From: an uncultured Pirellulaceae bacterium
Lineage (GTDB): Bacteria; Planctomycetota; Planctomycetia; Pirellulales; Pirellulaceae
Length of the DNA: 64,000 bases
Reading direction: 5' to 3'
NCBI GenBank assembly: GCA_964444105.1
Contig: CAYUGI010000002.1
Span: 640-64,639, forward strand
Position 1 is the stretch's first letter. Each line of letters begins with the position of its first letter. A program made the position numbers and the translations under genes. Positions 9,407 through 18,340 of the stretch are shown piece by piece. The notes under the pieces were generated by a model. The model did not search any database. It was given only the letters and a program-made list of their open reading frames with translations, and was not told the origin of the DNA.

Positions 9407-10006
9407 ATGGTGCGCAGTTTAGCAATCGCGGCAGTCAGTTTGATGCTGGCAGCCAGTTTTGGATCGATGCAGCCTGTCTCAGCACAAAACGTCGTCTACT
9501 CGAATCCGTCCTACACCACCGGCGGCCAAGTCTGTGCAAAGTGCGGACGCATCCACGGAAGTTCTGCTTCTACGATGCAAACTTCGGGTGTGACTTACAA
9601 CAATCCAACCTACTCGAGTCCAACGACCTATAGCAGCAACCACTCAGGCAACTACTCACCTGTACAGCAAACGTCGTACTCGTCGGGTTATTCCTCTGGC
9701 GGAACTAGCAACGTTCTTGCCATGCTGAACTCTCAGCGAGCCCGCCAAGGTGTGGGTGCCCTCTCCTACGACCCTACGCTTCAGGCGGTCGCTCAGCGTC
9801 GCGCTCAGACAATGGCATCGATGGGAATCAAGAGTCACCCACCGGGATCGTTTGCACCAGGCCGCTACGAAGGCGTTGGATGGTCCAGTTCGTTTTCACC
9901 ATCAGGAGTTTCGGCGTGCTACACGTCCAGTCCCAACATGCGTTACGCGGGTGCCGCCATGGCAACCGGTCGCGATGGTGTCTACTTTGCCGTGGTCTAT
10001 CGTTAG
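9407..10006 (+). CDS. Secreted CAP (SCP-like) domain protein
   Basis: GGAG before ATG 9407, signal peptide, S/T/Y-rich linker, then LAMLNSQRARQGVGALSYDPTLQAVAQRRAQTMA (CAP N-terminal signature). Confidence 0.75.
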   Translation: MVRSLAIAAVSLMLAASFGSMQPVSAQNVVYSNPSYTTGGQVCAKCGRIHGSSASTMQTSGVTYNNPTYSSPTTYSSNHSGNYSPVQQTSYSSGYSSGGTSNVLAMLNSQRARQGVGALSYDPTLQAVAQRRAQTMASMGIKSHPPGSFAPGRYEGVGWSSSFSPSGVSACYTSSPNMRYAGAAMATGRDGVYFAVVYR

Positions 10007-10023
10007 ACCACTGCGAAGCAACG

Positions 10024-10938
10024 TTGAGAAACAATCGCCCCGAGCAATCTGCGGGTTGCTGGGGGCTTTTTCGTGCGCTGTTCCTGCTTGTACCAATCCT
10101 CACCACTCACATTGCGTGCAGTGGTATCGCCGGTGCTCAAGAATCGCTCAAGCTCAATGCAGCCAGCGTCAAGGGTCACACATCCACCTTGCCGATTAGT
10201 GAGTCACAGGCGCGCGCAAGTGTTCAATGGCTAGCCGAACTGGCGCTGCGAGAATCACCGCGAACCTATTCGGGTGACAAGGACTGGGGTGAAACCAAAA
10301 AGGTTTGGGCAGGTGTCAAACTTCGCCGCGAAGGATTGGAAATCAAAACCAAACGCCGGTTCAAGGAACTGCGCCACGGTCGTTGGATCAAATACGAGCT
10401 GACACTGCCTCCACCGGTAACACCGGATTCAAACCAGTCTGGCGGCACGACCGCAAAGATTCATCGTGTTCGCAGAACCGGCGACCTACAGCCGGGCGTG
10501 CCGCCTGAATCGCAGACCAACACTCACTGGCAAATCGATGCTTCCGTCCGCGCCCCCATGGAGTTCAACGCGCGAATCGAACGTTGGAATCGTGGTGTGC
10601 AGTGGTACTCGATCGGCATTAAGGGCAAGATGCAAGTTCGGTTAGATACTTCGGCAAGCCTGCAGTTTTTTGCCGACTATGCCGAAGTCCCTCCGGCATT
10701 TGTAATTGCACCGAACATCACGATGGCGCACCTGGACTTGGAAGAGTTCGAGGTTGATCGAGTCAGCAAAATTGGCGGAGATGTCGCCGAAGAATGGGGC
10801 GAAATCATGGAAAAGGTCGTCCGCGATGTCTTCTTAAGAAAGCAAAACGAAAAGCTCGCTCGCAAATTGAATCAGTCCATCGCGAAACACGATGATGACT
10901 TGCGGTTGTCACTGGCCGACTGGTTCGCCAAATGGTGA
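10024..10938 (+). CDS. Hypothetical secreted protein
   Basis: Protein-like open frame with a signal-like segment ending GIAGAQE. TTG at 10024 is the plausible start after the CAP gene stop. Confidence 0.65.
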   Translation: MRNNRPEQSAGCWGLFRALFLLVPILTTHIACSGIAGAQESLKLNAASVKGHTSTLPISESQARASVQWLAELALRESPRTYSGDKDWGETKKVWAGVKLRREGLEIKTKRRFKELRHGRWIKYELTLPPPVTPDSNQSGGTTAKIHRVRRTGDLQPGVPPESQTNTHWQIDASVRAPMEFNARIERWNRGVQWYSIGIKGKMQVRLDTSASLQFFADYAEVPPAFVIAPNITMAHLDLEEFEVDRVSKIGGDVAEEWGEIMEKVVRDVFLRKQNEKLARKLNQSIAKHDDDLRLSLADWFAKW

Positions 10939-10990
10939 GACTGTGTCCAATCTCTCAACGCGAAACGCAATTTTTGATCCTGCGCAAGTC

Positions 10991-11126
10991 TTCACCCTCC
11001 CGCTTGCGGGAGGGTCCGGCGCAGTAGCGGCCGGGGAGGGAAACGCGCAGAGCAAAACGGTTCGAGCTGAGATACTGGATTGGCCCTCTCCTCGCGAAGG
11101 CTCGACTCTCCCAAAGGGAAAGTGAA
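10991..11126. repeat. REP/REPIN-like element family 1, copy B
   Basis: Same arms as 6221-6333 (ttcaccctcccgc..gcgggagggtc, gcagtagcggccggggaggg, ccctctcctcgc..ggctcgactctccc) with a different spacer. Lies between convergent genes. Confidence 0.8.
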
Positions 11127-11178
11127 ATGTTGAACCGAGTTTAGACGCTCAATAACGCGAACTTCATAACGCAACTGC

Positions 11179-12480
11179 CTAACGCGAGTACTTCTTGCGG
11201 TACTTTTCGTAAAGCGTTTTATGTCGACTGCCTAAGTCGACTTCACGGCCACTGATCCAAGCGCGAGTGACGTTCGTGGCGGTCTCCAGGATATCGCCAT
11301 CGGTAAGGATTAAGGTCGCGTCTTTGCCAACACTGATCGAGCCGATCCGGTCAGCAACACCCAGAATTTCCGCCGCTGAAAGTGTGATACTGCGGACGGC
11401 ATCGGCGTGCTTTAGCCCATAGGCCACCGCGTTGCCCGCATGGTAGGGCAAATTTCTGGCAGCTGCCGCTCCACCGGGGCCACCAGCGCCGTACCCGCCA
11501 ATGCAAAAACGAACTCCGGCGGCCTTTATCCGTGCCGGCAACGTGTAGGGCGCGTCGTAAGCCTCGTGTCGCCGCATTGGCAACCGATACACGCCACCGA
11601 TGATGACCGGAATATCGTACTTAGTCAGAAGCTCGGCGCAGCGTTCTGCATCGTAGCCCCCATAAATCACCAGCCTCAGTTTGTGTTGCTGTGAAAAAGA
11701 AATCGCCGACTCGATGGCCGACTGCGAGTTTGCCTCAACAACCAATGGGTACTCACCGCGCAGAAGCGGCAGCAGACTCTCCAAGCGTAAATCGCTAGGC
11801 GTCCGTTCCGCCGACTCTGCTCGTCCTTCGCCATAGCGTTTCGCTTCATTCAATATGGCCGCGAACTCCATTTGCCGTTCAGCGCGTTTTTGAATTCGCT
11901 TTTCTTCGTCGTCATCGGATGGCTCCATCCATCGCCAATCGATGTACAGTCCCGCGGGTGCCAGCACAGCCATCTCATCGACGGTCCAGCCGTCCAGCGA
12001 AATCACCGCAGTTTGCCCGCGCAGCCAACGGCCACGTGGGGCTGTCATCGCGGTCAATACCCCGCCCGCTCTCGCGACTGGTATCAGTTCGCTGTCTGGA
12101 TTGACCGCCACCCAAGCCTTTGCGTTAGGGTTTCGATCACCGTGTTCGGTCGTGTCACTTGTCTCGCTTACCGCATTGATTTCACGCAGTCCCAAGTCAG
12201 TGATCGGTTCGATCAATCCTGGGTAGACATGCATGCCGCTAGCGTCGATCTCCGTCGCCCGCTCGGGCACAACAACCGCCTTGCCGACAGCAGTGATCTT
12301 ACCGTCGACCAACAGCACACTACCGCGGCCGATCGTGGGTCCATCAACGGTGTGAATCGTTGCGTTCTTGATGACGATCGGCTTTTGCTGCGGAGAGCCG
12401 GGGATTTGATCGTGAGCGATCGTGATGGAACCGTAGCCCAGCAGGGTGACCATCAGAAACAGCATGGCAACATTTTTCAT
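11179..12480 (-). CDS. Amidohydrolase-fold secreted protein (probably non-catalytic subunit)
   Basis: Start MKNVAM at 12480 overlaps the upstream stop (ATGA). IKNATIHT, HVYPGLIE, AEILGVADRIGSISVGKDATL. The usual DxHxH is replaced by EPITD. Confidence 0.85.
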   Translation of the reverse strand: MKNVAMLFLMVTLLGYGSITIAHDQIPGSPQQKPIVIKNATIHTVDGPTIGRGSVLLVDGKITAVGKAVVVPERATEIDASGMHVYPGLIEPITDLGLREINAVSETSDTTEHGDRNPNAKAWVAVNPDSELIPVARAGGVLTAMTAPRGRWLRGQTAVISLDGWTVDEMAVLAPAGLYIDWRWMEPSDDDEEKRIQKRAERQMEFAAILNEAKRYGEGRAESAERTPSDLRLESLLPLLRGEYPLVVEANSQSAIESAISFSQQHKLRLVIYGGYDAERCAELLTKYDIPVIIGGVYRLPMRRHEAYDAPYTLPARIKAAGVRFCIGGYGAGGPGGAAAARNLPYHAGNAVAYGLKHADAVRSITLSAAEILGVADRIGSISVGKDATLILTDGDILETATNVTRAWISGREVDLGSRHKTLYEKYRKKYSR

Positions 12481-15400
12481 CGTCGTCGCTCCCATTGGTC
12501 GTGCCGATGCCCGTCCTCGCCCGTGGCGGTGCAGAAAACATCGTGCCGTGCCCATCGATCTTCCTCCTTGGTGTCAGACTTCTTTGCTGCACTAGTATCC
12601 GTCTTGGCGTCGATCACTTTCTGCACCAATGCGGCATGAAGTTTCGCATCGCGTTCTCTCATCGCTCGATCGCTTTCCAAATCAAAGTAGCGTTGGCCGT
12701 CGATCCAAGTCTGTTCGCAACGGGTGAGCGTCGAAAGGGGCGGGCCGCTCCACACAACAAGGTCCGCATCTTTTCCTGTTTCGATTGAACCAACAGATTG
12801 TTCGATTCGCAATTGTTTGGCAGGATTCAGTGTCACGAATTTCAACGCTTCTTCTGCGGGGACTCCGCCATATTTGACCGCCTTGGCTGCTTCCGTATTA
12901 AGATGCCTGGCCAATTCACGATCGTCGCTGTTGAAAGACACCACGACTCCTTGCTGATGCATTAACGCACCGTTGTACGGAATCGCATCGAACACCTCGA
13001 ACTTGTAGGCCCACCAGTCCGAAAACGACGAAGCCATTGCGCCGTGCTTCGCCATCCGATCAGCGACCTTGTAGCCTTCGAGAATATGTTGCAACGTGCC
13101 GATTTGGACACCAAACTCGTCCAGCACATCCAGCGTTGCTACGATCTCATCTTGGCGATAGCTATGACAGTGAATCCATCGCTGGCCGCGTTGGATCTCC
13201 GCCATCGCGTCAAGCTGCAGATCGCGCCGCGGCGGCAAACCATTATGTTTTCCCTCCCGGTAGTCACGCATCGCTCGGTCGTATTCTCTTGCCGCTAAAA
13301 GCTGGTCGCGAATAATTTGCTCGACACCCATTCGGGTATTCGGATAACGGCCCTGATTGCGTTTTACATTCTCGCCCAAGGCAAACTTGATTCCCGGCGG
13401 AGCCTCTTTCATCCGAAGCCCGTCCATGCTTTGCCCCCAACGCAATTTGAGCACTTGGTTTTGCCCACCGATGGGATTGGCCGATCCGTGCAGGATGTTC
13501 GACGTCGTCACACCGCCGGCCAGTTGGCGGTAGATGTTGATGTCAGAATTATCAATAAAGTCGCCAATCCGAACTTCGGCTGTCACCGATTGACCGGACT
13601 CATTGACGCCGCCGTCGGTTGCCATGTGCGAATGACAATCAATCAAGCCCGGCGTGATATGTTTGCCACGGGCATCGACGATCTGACAGTTTTCGGGAAC
13701 GGACAGATTATCTCCGACCGACACGATCTTGCCATCGCGGATTAGCAAGTCACCTTTTTCGATCCTCCCTGCGTCACCGCAAGTCCACAGCGTCGCGTCA
13801 CGGAAGATCACCGTTGCTGGTTCAACCCCAGATTTTTCGAACCCCATCGCGCCGAGTGGAAAAAGGACAGGTGTCTGAGCGAGCGAATCATCGGTTTGAT
13901 CTGCGTCTCCGTCCTCCTTTTTCTCGTCTGCTTGATCAAGGTCTGACTTGCCCTTGGATGTATCCGTCGTATCGGATTCAATAAAGGTAATGTCCAGCTG
14001 TTTCGTTTCGCCGTCGGGCAGGCGGATGGTGCCGATGACCGTCGTCGTCTCATCGCCTTCGCCAACAGTAATCAGCGAAAGCTGTGACAGCCCAGGAGAA
14101 AACCCTGAACCCAATTCGTTCAGGCGTACGGTGGCATCTAGCCGGTCTGTTTGCCGCACAAGCTGTTCTAATTTCACACTTAGGACACCGCTTTTTCCGT
14201 CACTTGCTTCGTTATCTTCCGTGTCTTCGTTTTCTGTCTCTTCGTCGGTTGGTTCTGCGTTTTCGTTTGCCTGGTTCAACTTCAGTTCATTGCTATCCAC
14301 CTGATTGTCCGGCGCATTATCCGTTGGCACGGAAACTGTGCCGACAAGTTTTTCCTTCTTGCCAACCAGATCCAAGACTAACTCGGTCGTATCGTCGCCA
14401 GCCGAAAACGCCAAGGTCCACTCGCCGACCAGGGCGTCATCTGTCGCGTTCTTCGCCGGCGAAATGATGAACTGTTTGCCAGCCACCCAGGTCTCCAACA
14501 CCTTTGTCTCTTTGTCGAATAGATCCCCGTCTGTAATCAGCAAATTGGCTAGTTGTCCGGCTTTTACTTGGCCAACCGTCGCACCAAGATCCAACAGCTT
14601 CGCAGGGGTCGTCGTGACCGCTGCCAATGCATCTTCGGGACTCAAGCCTCGCGCGACAGCGATTCGAGCTTGCTTGAGAAAATCGCCAACGTTCTTCAAG
14701 CCATCTGTGGTCAGGCAGATTGTTGCACCAGCATGGGCAAGCCGAGCGGGATTGGTCGGAGCGAGGTCCCAGTGCATCAGCTCGCGGAGCGTCACATCGT
14801 TCGCATCGGCAGCCGTCACGACTTTGGGTTTCTTAGCAAATCCGATCGGCAACAAAATCGGATGCCCACCAGTGGCGATCGCCTTCGCGTCACGGTATTC
14901 GTTGCCGGACCCACGAAGGATTATCGAGAGCGAGAACTCCCTTGCGATGTCGTCTGCACGCAGTGCCATTCGTTCGTTTGCCGTATCGATGACGAAGCGT
15001 TCTTCGGCAACCGATTCACTTAGATCGCGTAACGCCTGATTTGTTTCGGGCCGCGCCAAAGTCGGGTCGCTTCGATAAGACTGCCATGCATCGCGGTACC
15101 ACTGCGCGTCGTACATTGATTGGCGAAGTAGAGCCGTCGCACCCATCGGCGAGTTGGGATATTTGCTATCAGTCTTTTTGGTCGGCACGGTCAACGAGGC
15201 GTGTTGCCAGACACGCTGCTTCAAGACACGGCGTCCCGCGGTAGCGTCACTAGTCAGAACTGCACAACTGCTTCCCTTAATGATCCCGTGGCGGGGTGCC
15301 ACGACGCGAACCGTGATGCCTTGTGAACGAAGCTTGTCGAAATCAGCCTGGGTTTCCAACGCGTTCACCCACGCAGAACGCTGCGGCGTGATGTTGCTGT

Positions 15401-15746
15401 TCCAATGGACGGAAGCCTTCGCATCCGTTCGTGGGACTTCGACATCACTGTACGCGTCAATCAGACCTGCGTAGATCGTCTGGCCTGTGCAATCCAGCGT
15501 CATGAACCCAGGGGGAACAACGACATCGGTCGCTACCATTGTGATTGAAGTATCTTCGATCAAGACGGTGGCGTGATCGATCGTCTGGCCTGGACGCACG
15601 ACGACGCGAGCATCGATCAGAGCAAATTTGGAAGGCCGATTGTCACGTAGCCCTTCGATCGGTTGTGCCGATGTGTTGTCTTGAGCAACGGCCATACCGC
15701 TAGCGCAAATCAAATACGCCGCGCACAAAATCACTCTCAACCGCAT
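12477..15746 (-). CDS. Large secreted amidohydrolase family protein with two amidohydrolase-fold domains
   Basis: Signal peptide. Domain 1 has YAGLIDAYSD (no His); an acidic linker follows; domain 2 has TPGLIDCHSH, HCHSYRQDE, QHILEGYK, SFNSDD and TLNPAKQL. Confidence 0.88.
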   Translation of the reverse strand: MRLRVILCAAYLICASGMAVAQDNTSAQPIEGLRDNRPSKFALIDARVVVRPGQTIDHATVLIEDTSITMVATDVVVPPGFMTLDCTGQTIYAGLIDAYSDVEVPRTDAKASVHWNSNITPQRSAWVNALETQADFDKLRSQGITVRVVAPRHGIIKGSSCAVLTSDATAGRRVLKQRVWQHASLTVPTKKTDSKYPNSPMGATALLRQSMYDAQWYRDAWQSYRSDPTLARPETNQALRDLSESVAEERFVIDTANERMALRADDIAREFSLSIILRGSGNEYRDAKAIATGGHPILLPIGFAKKPKVVTAADANDVTLRELMHWDLAPTNPARLAHAGATICLTTDGLKNVGDFLKQARIAVARGLSPEDALAAVTTTPAKLLDLGATVGQVKAGQLANLLITDGDLFDKETKVLETWVAGKQFIISPAKNATDDALVGEWTLAFSAGDDTTELVLDLVGKKEKLVGTVSVPTDNAPDNQVDSNELKLNQANENAEPTDEETENEDTEDNEASDGKSGVLSVKLEQLVRQTDRLDATVRLNELGSGFSPGLSQLSLITVGEGDETTTVIGTIRLPDGETKQLDITFIESDTTDTSKGKSDLDQADEKKEDGDADQTDDSLAQTPVLFPLGAMGFEKSGVEPATVIFRDATLWTCGDAGRIEKGDLLIRDGKIVSVGDNLSVPENCQIVDARGKHITPGLIDCHSHMATDGGVNESGQSVTAEVRIGDFIDNSDINIYRQLAGGVTTSNILHGSANPIGGQNQVLKLRWGQSMDGLRMKEAPPGIKFALGENVKRNQGRYPNTRMGVEQIIRDQLLAAREYDRAMRDYREGKHNGLPPRRDLQLDAMAEIQRGQRWIHCHSYRQDEIVATLDVLDEFGVQIGTLQHILEGYKVADRMAKHGAMASSFSDWWAYKFEVFDAIPYNGALMHQQGVVVSFNSDDRELARHLNTEAAKAVKYGGVPAEEALKFVTLNPAKQLRIEQSVGSIETGKDADLVVWSGPPLSTLTRCEQTWIDGQRYFDLESDRAMRERDAKLHAALVQKVIDAKTDTSAAKKSDTKEEDRWARHDVFCTATGEDGHRHDQWERRR

Positions 15747-15962
15747 CGAATCCCCCGTGCTGGTTCTTTTGGATCAATTCCGCCCGCAGGACAGCATAAT
15801 TGGATCGATGGCGTAGTGTTCGGAATAAGGACTCACCGTCCGCACCAAGGTCGTGCGGCTTGTAAGTCCGACAAGAGAGCAGCACGCCGGAGCGGACTTG
15901 AGTACTTCTATTCGCCAGTAAATCGGATTTACTCTCCTCCCGGGTAACGCCGCAGCGGATCG

Positions 15963-16049
15963 TTGTGAGCCGTGACGCGTGAGCGGCCGGGCATTTCGTC
16001 GATCACTTTTGCACACAAGGCCCGTGGCCTCACGGCCAGCGGCTCACAA
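15963..16049. repeat. REP/REPIN-like element family 2 (two inverted GTGAGCCG units)
   Basis: Perfect 10-bp terminal inverted repeat ttgtgagccg/cggctcacaa. The two units align as TTGTGAGCCG-N4-CGTGAG-N4/5-CGGGC and each contains an internal hairpin. Confidence 0.7.
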
Positions 16050-16215
16050 ATGTGGTGATCGTCGGTTCGTAGTCCGCTACGGAGTTGCCCTCCGGGAGAG
16101 TGAAGGCATTATGGTCCGCTACGGTGTTGCACAAATGGAAGATGAAGTGAATCGCTTTGAGTCAATCACCCAAAAGCTACCTGAACTCAGGTCATCGACC
16201 TTGAACTCCCAGCTT

Positions 16216-17244
16216 CTAGCCCGTCATCCACGCGGCTTTGTAGCGCATCCCCAGATTTAGAATCCGTTGCAAGAGAGCTTCATAAGAGAGCCCAACGGTT
16301 TCGGCAGACTCCGAGAAGTCTTCGCCGTATTCAATATTCGGATTGGCGTTCGCTTCGATGACATAGACGCTGCCTGATTCAGTCAGACGCAAATCCATTC
16401 GACCGTAGCCGCTCATATTTAACGCACGATAAACCCGCTTGCAGACTTTCGAGATCTTTTCCTTCATCGCATCGTCCAAGTCCGTCGCTTCGCGCGTTGT
16501 GATTCCATGTTTGTCTTGGTACTTGTGATTCCACTTCACCTCGCTGGTCGCGATTCGTGCGATATCATCGGGCATGTTTCCAAAATCCATTTCCCAAGCG
16601 GGAAACGTTCTCAACCGATTGTTCCCCAGCACGCCGACGTAAAGCTCGCGGCCTTCGATGTACTGTTCAGCAATCGCGTCGTCATCGGTTTTCTCATGGA
16701 TGAACGCGACACGTTCGGCAAGTTGTTCGTCTGTGTGAACGATGGATGCCTGTGAGATGCCGAATGAGGCATCCTCGACGGTCGATTTGACGAAGAGCGG
16801 AAACTCCAGCTTCTTGGGCCGATGGACTGTTTTGCCTCGTGGAAAAACAGCGAAACGCGGCGTCGGAATTCGGTGATATGTCAGGACTTTCTTGCTGAGT
16901 CCTTTGTCTTTGCTGAGCAATAGGCCGCGAGGATTGCAGCCCGTGTATTTTTGTTGCTTCAATTCTAAGTAGCTAATGATCGCGAAATCGTAGGTGGCGA
17001 CGCCGTGGAATTCCTCCAACATCATGAAAGTGATATCAGGCTCAAAGTCACGAAGCGCTTGTCGAATCGGCGCTAAGTCATCGTAGACACCAATCGGTAG
17101 TATTTCGTGACCTAGACGCCGGAGCGTTTCGCAGACGTCAAATTCCGCTTTCCAAGCGTCCAGCTCTTTCTCTGGAACACCTTCCAATGTCGCAGGCGGT
17201 ACGTGGCCTTCGCGGACCAGGACGAGGACTTTTAGTTTGCTCAT
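16216..17244 (-). CDS. D-Ala-D-Ala ligase-like ATP-grasp protein
   Basis: YTGCNP, DKGLSKKVL, PLFVKS..EDASFGI, EQYIEGRE, GYGRMDLRL, VIEANANP (ExN metal motif). Confidence 0.88.
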   Translation of the reverse strand: MSKLKVLVLVREGHVPPATLEGVPEKELDAWKAEFDVCETLRRLGHEILPIGVYDDLAPIRQALRDFEPDITFMMLEEFHGVATYDFAIISYLELKQQKYTGCNPRGLLLSKDKGLSKKVLTYHRIPTPRFAVFPRGKTVHRPKKLEFPLFVKSTVEDASFGISQASIVHTDEQLAERVAFIHEKTDDDAIAEQYIEGRELYVGVLGNNRLRTFPAWEMDFGNMPDDIARIATSEVKWNHKYQDKHGITTREATDLDDAMKEKISKVCKRVYRALNMSGYGRMDLRLTESGSVYVIEANANPNIEYGEDFSESAETVGLSYEALLQRILNLGMRYKAAWMTG

Positions 17245-18263
17245 ATTGCCACCCGATGCCGACCTTCATGCAAGAAGTGGGTGGTACGAACAGCGACCAG
17301 AATCATCGCGTTGCGTTTGGCCTCATCCGGTGGAGTGCCAAGTCGCAGATTGAGCTCGCGACATCGTTCGATCATTTCTTGGATGACCTGATCGATCGTG
17401 TAGCTGTACTCGCCGGTCCAATGTGCAACGGTGCGGCGAAGTTCGTTGCGAATGCGACTCAAAAAAGCAGCACCTGTCATGCAGCGGCGATATTCATCGT
17501 CTGACGAGAAGAGTTTTCGCAAATCTTTGTCGTAAATACTGGGGAAGTCGAATTCGTAGTGCGACCGTTTCCGCTGGTAATGGGTACGAAGCGTCCTACG
17601 AATCCGAGAAAGCGGGTCGACCTTTTTGCGACTGTTTACCAGTGGTTTCTCTCCCCGGATCGATTTCATGACTTCATCAACGTAATTCAACTTTTCAATC
17701 GCAGGCCAATCCTTGTATCGTTTGCGCCAACGTGAACCGGGACGCAACCAAACAGCAAACGTTTCCGCAAAGTCCTCCAGCGGGTGGGCCTGAGCGTACC
17801 ACATTTCCAAATGCAGGACGTGATCGTGGCTCGATGGGTTGGGCTGGTAGTACTCTGGGTAAGCTTGCGAGGGTTTGCCAAACAATTCGCGGTAACGAGC
17901 CTTGCGCCGCAAGCGAAACGCGGTGTCGATGGCGTGACCCGCTTCATGACGCAAAATTTTCATGCACCATTCATGCGTACCTCCTTCGACTTCCAACAAC
18001 TGCTTGCGTTCCAAACGAGCCAGACGCGGGTGGGCCAAGTAGAAAGGGATCGCGATGCCCGGAACACCATCGGGCGAAAACCACTCTTCGCTCAGCCAGC
18101 AATGTGGCTTAAAGTTCAAATCTCGACCGGCAAGCTCGCGATGCAGCTGATCGGTTCTTCGAGCCAAAGAGGACTCTTCGATCGAGAGATTCAAATCGCA
18201 CATCCGCAGGTCAAGCAACCGCTCGTCGCGCATCGAAGAAAGATCCGGCTTTCTTTTGGCCAT
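17241..18263 (-). CDS. Putative zinc-binding metallopeptidase (zincin, Peptidase_Mx-like)
   Basis: ILRHEAGHAID (HExxH) and YAQAHPLEDFAETFAVWL. Likely start MAKRKP at 18263. Stop overlaps the ATP-grasp start (ATGA). Confidence 0.85.
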   Translation of the reverse strand: MAKRKPDLSSMRDERLLDLRMCDLNLSIEESSLARRTDQLHRELAGRDLNFKPHCWLSEEWFSPDGVPGIAIPFYLAHPRLARLERKQLLEVEGGTHEWCMKILRHEAGHAIDTAFRLRRKARYRELFGKPSQAYPEYYQPNPSSHDHVLHLEMWYAQAHPLEDFAETFAVWLRPGSRWRKRYKDWPAIEKLNYVDEVMKSIRGEKPLVNSRKKVDPLSRIRRTLRTHYQRKRSHYEFDFPSIYDKDLRKLFSSDDEYRRCMTGAAFLSRIRNELRRTVAHWTGEYSYTIDQVIQEMIERCRELNLRLGTPPDEAKRNAMILVAVRTTHFLHEGRHRVAI

Positions 18264-18340
18264 AACCGAGCGGAGTACCACGGAGAGAATCAAAGTAGTC
18301 AATCAAGAGCTGCCGCGTTAGTTTATCTAACTTTCGCAAT

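Noticed and set aside
15747-16215. Precursor-peptide ORF for the ATP-grasp ligase (RiPP hypothesis)
   Set aside because: The short ORFs here run through repeat DNA, lack an RBS and show no leader/core pattern.
16216-17244. Calling the ATP-grasp gene ddl
   Set aside because: It lacks the Ddl N-terminal GGxSxEHEVS and the YxxKY omega loop, and has no cell-wall gene context.
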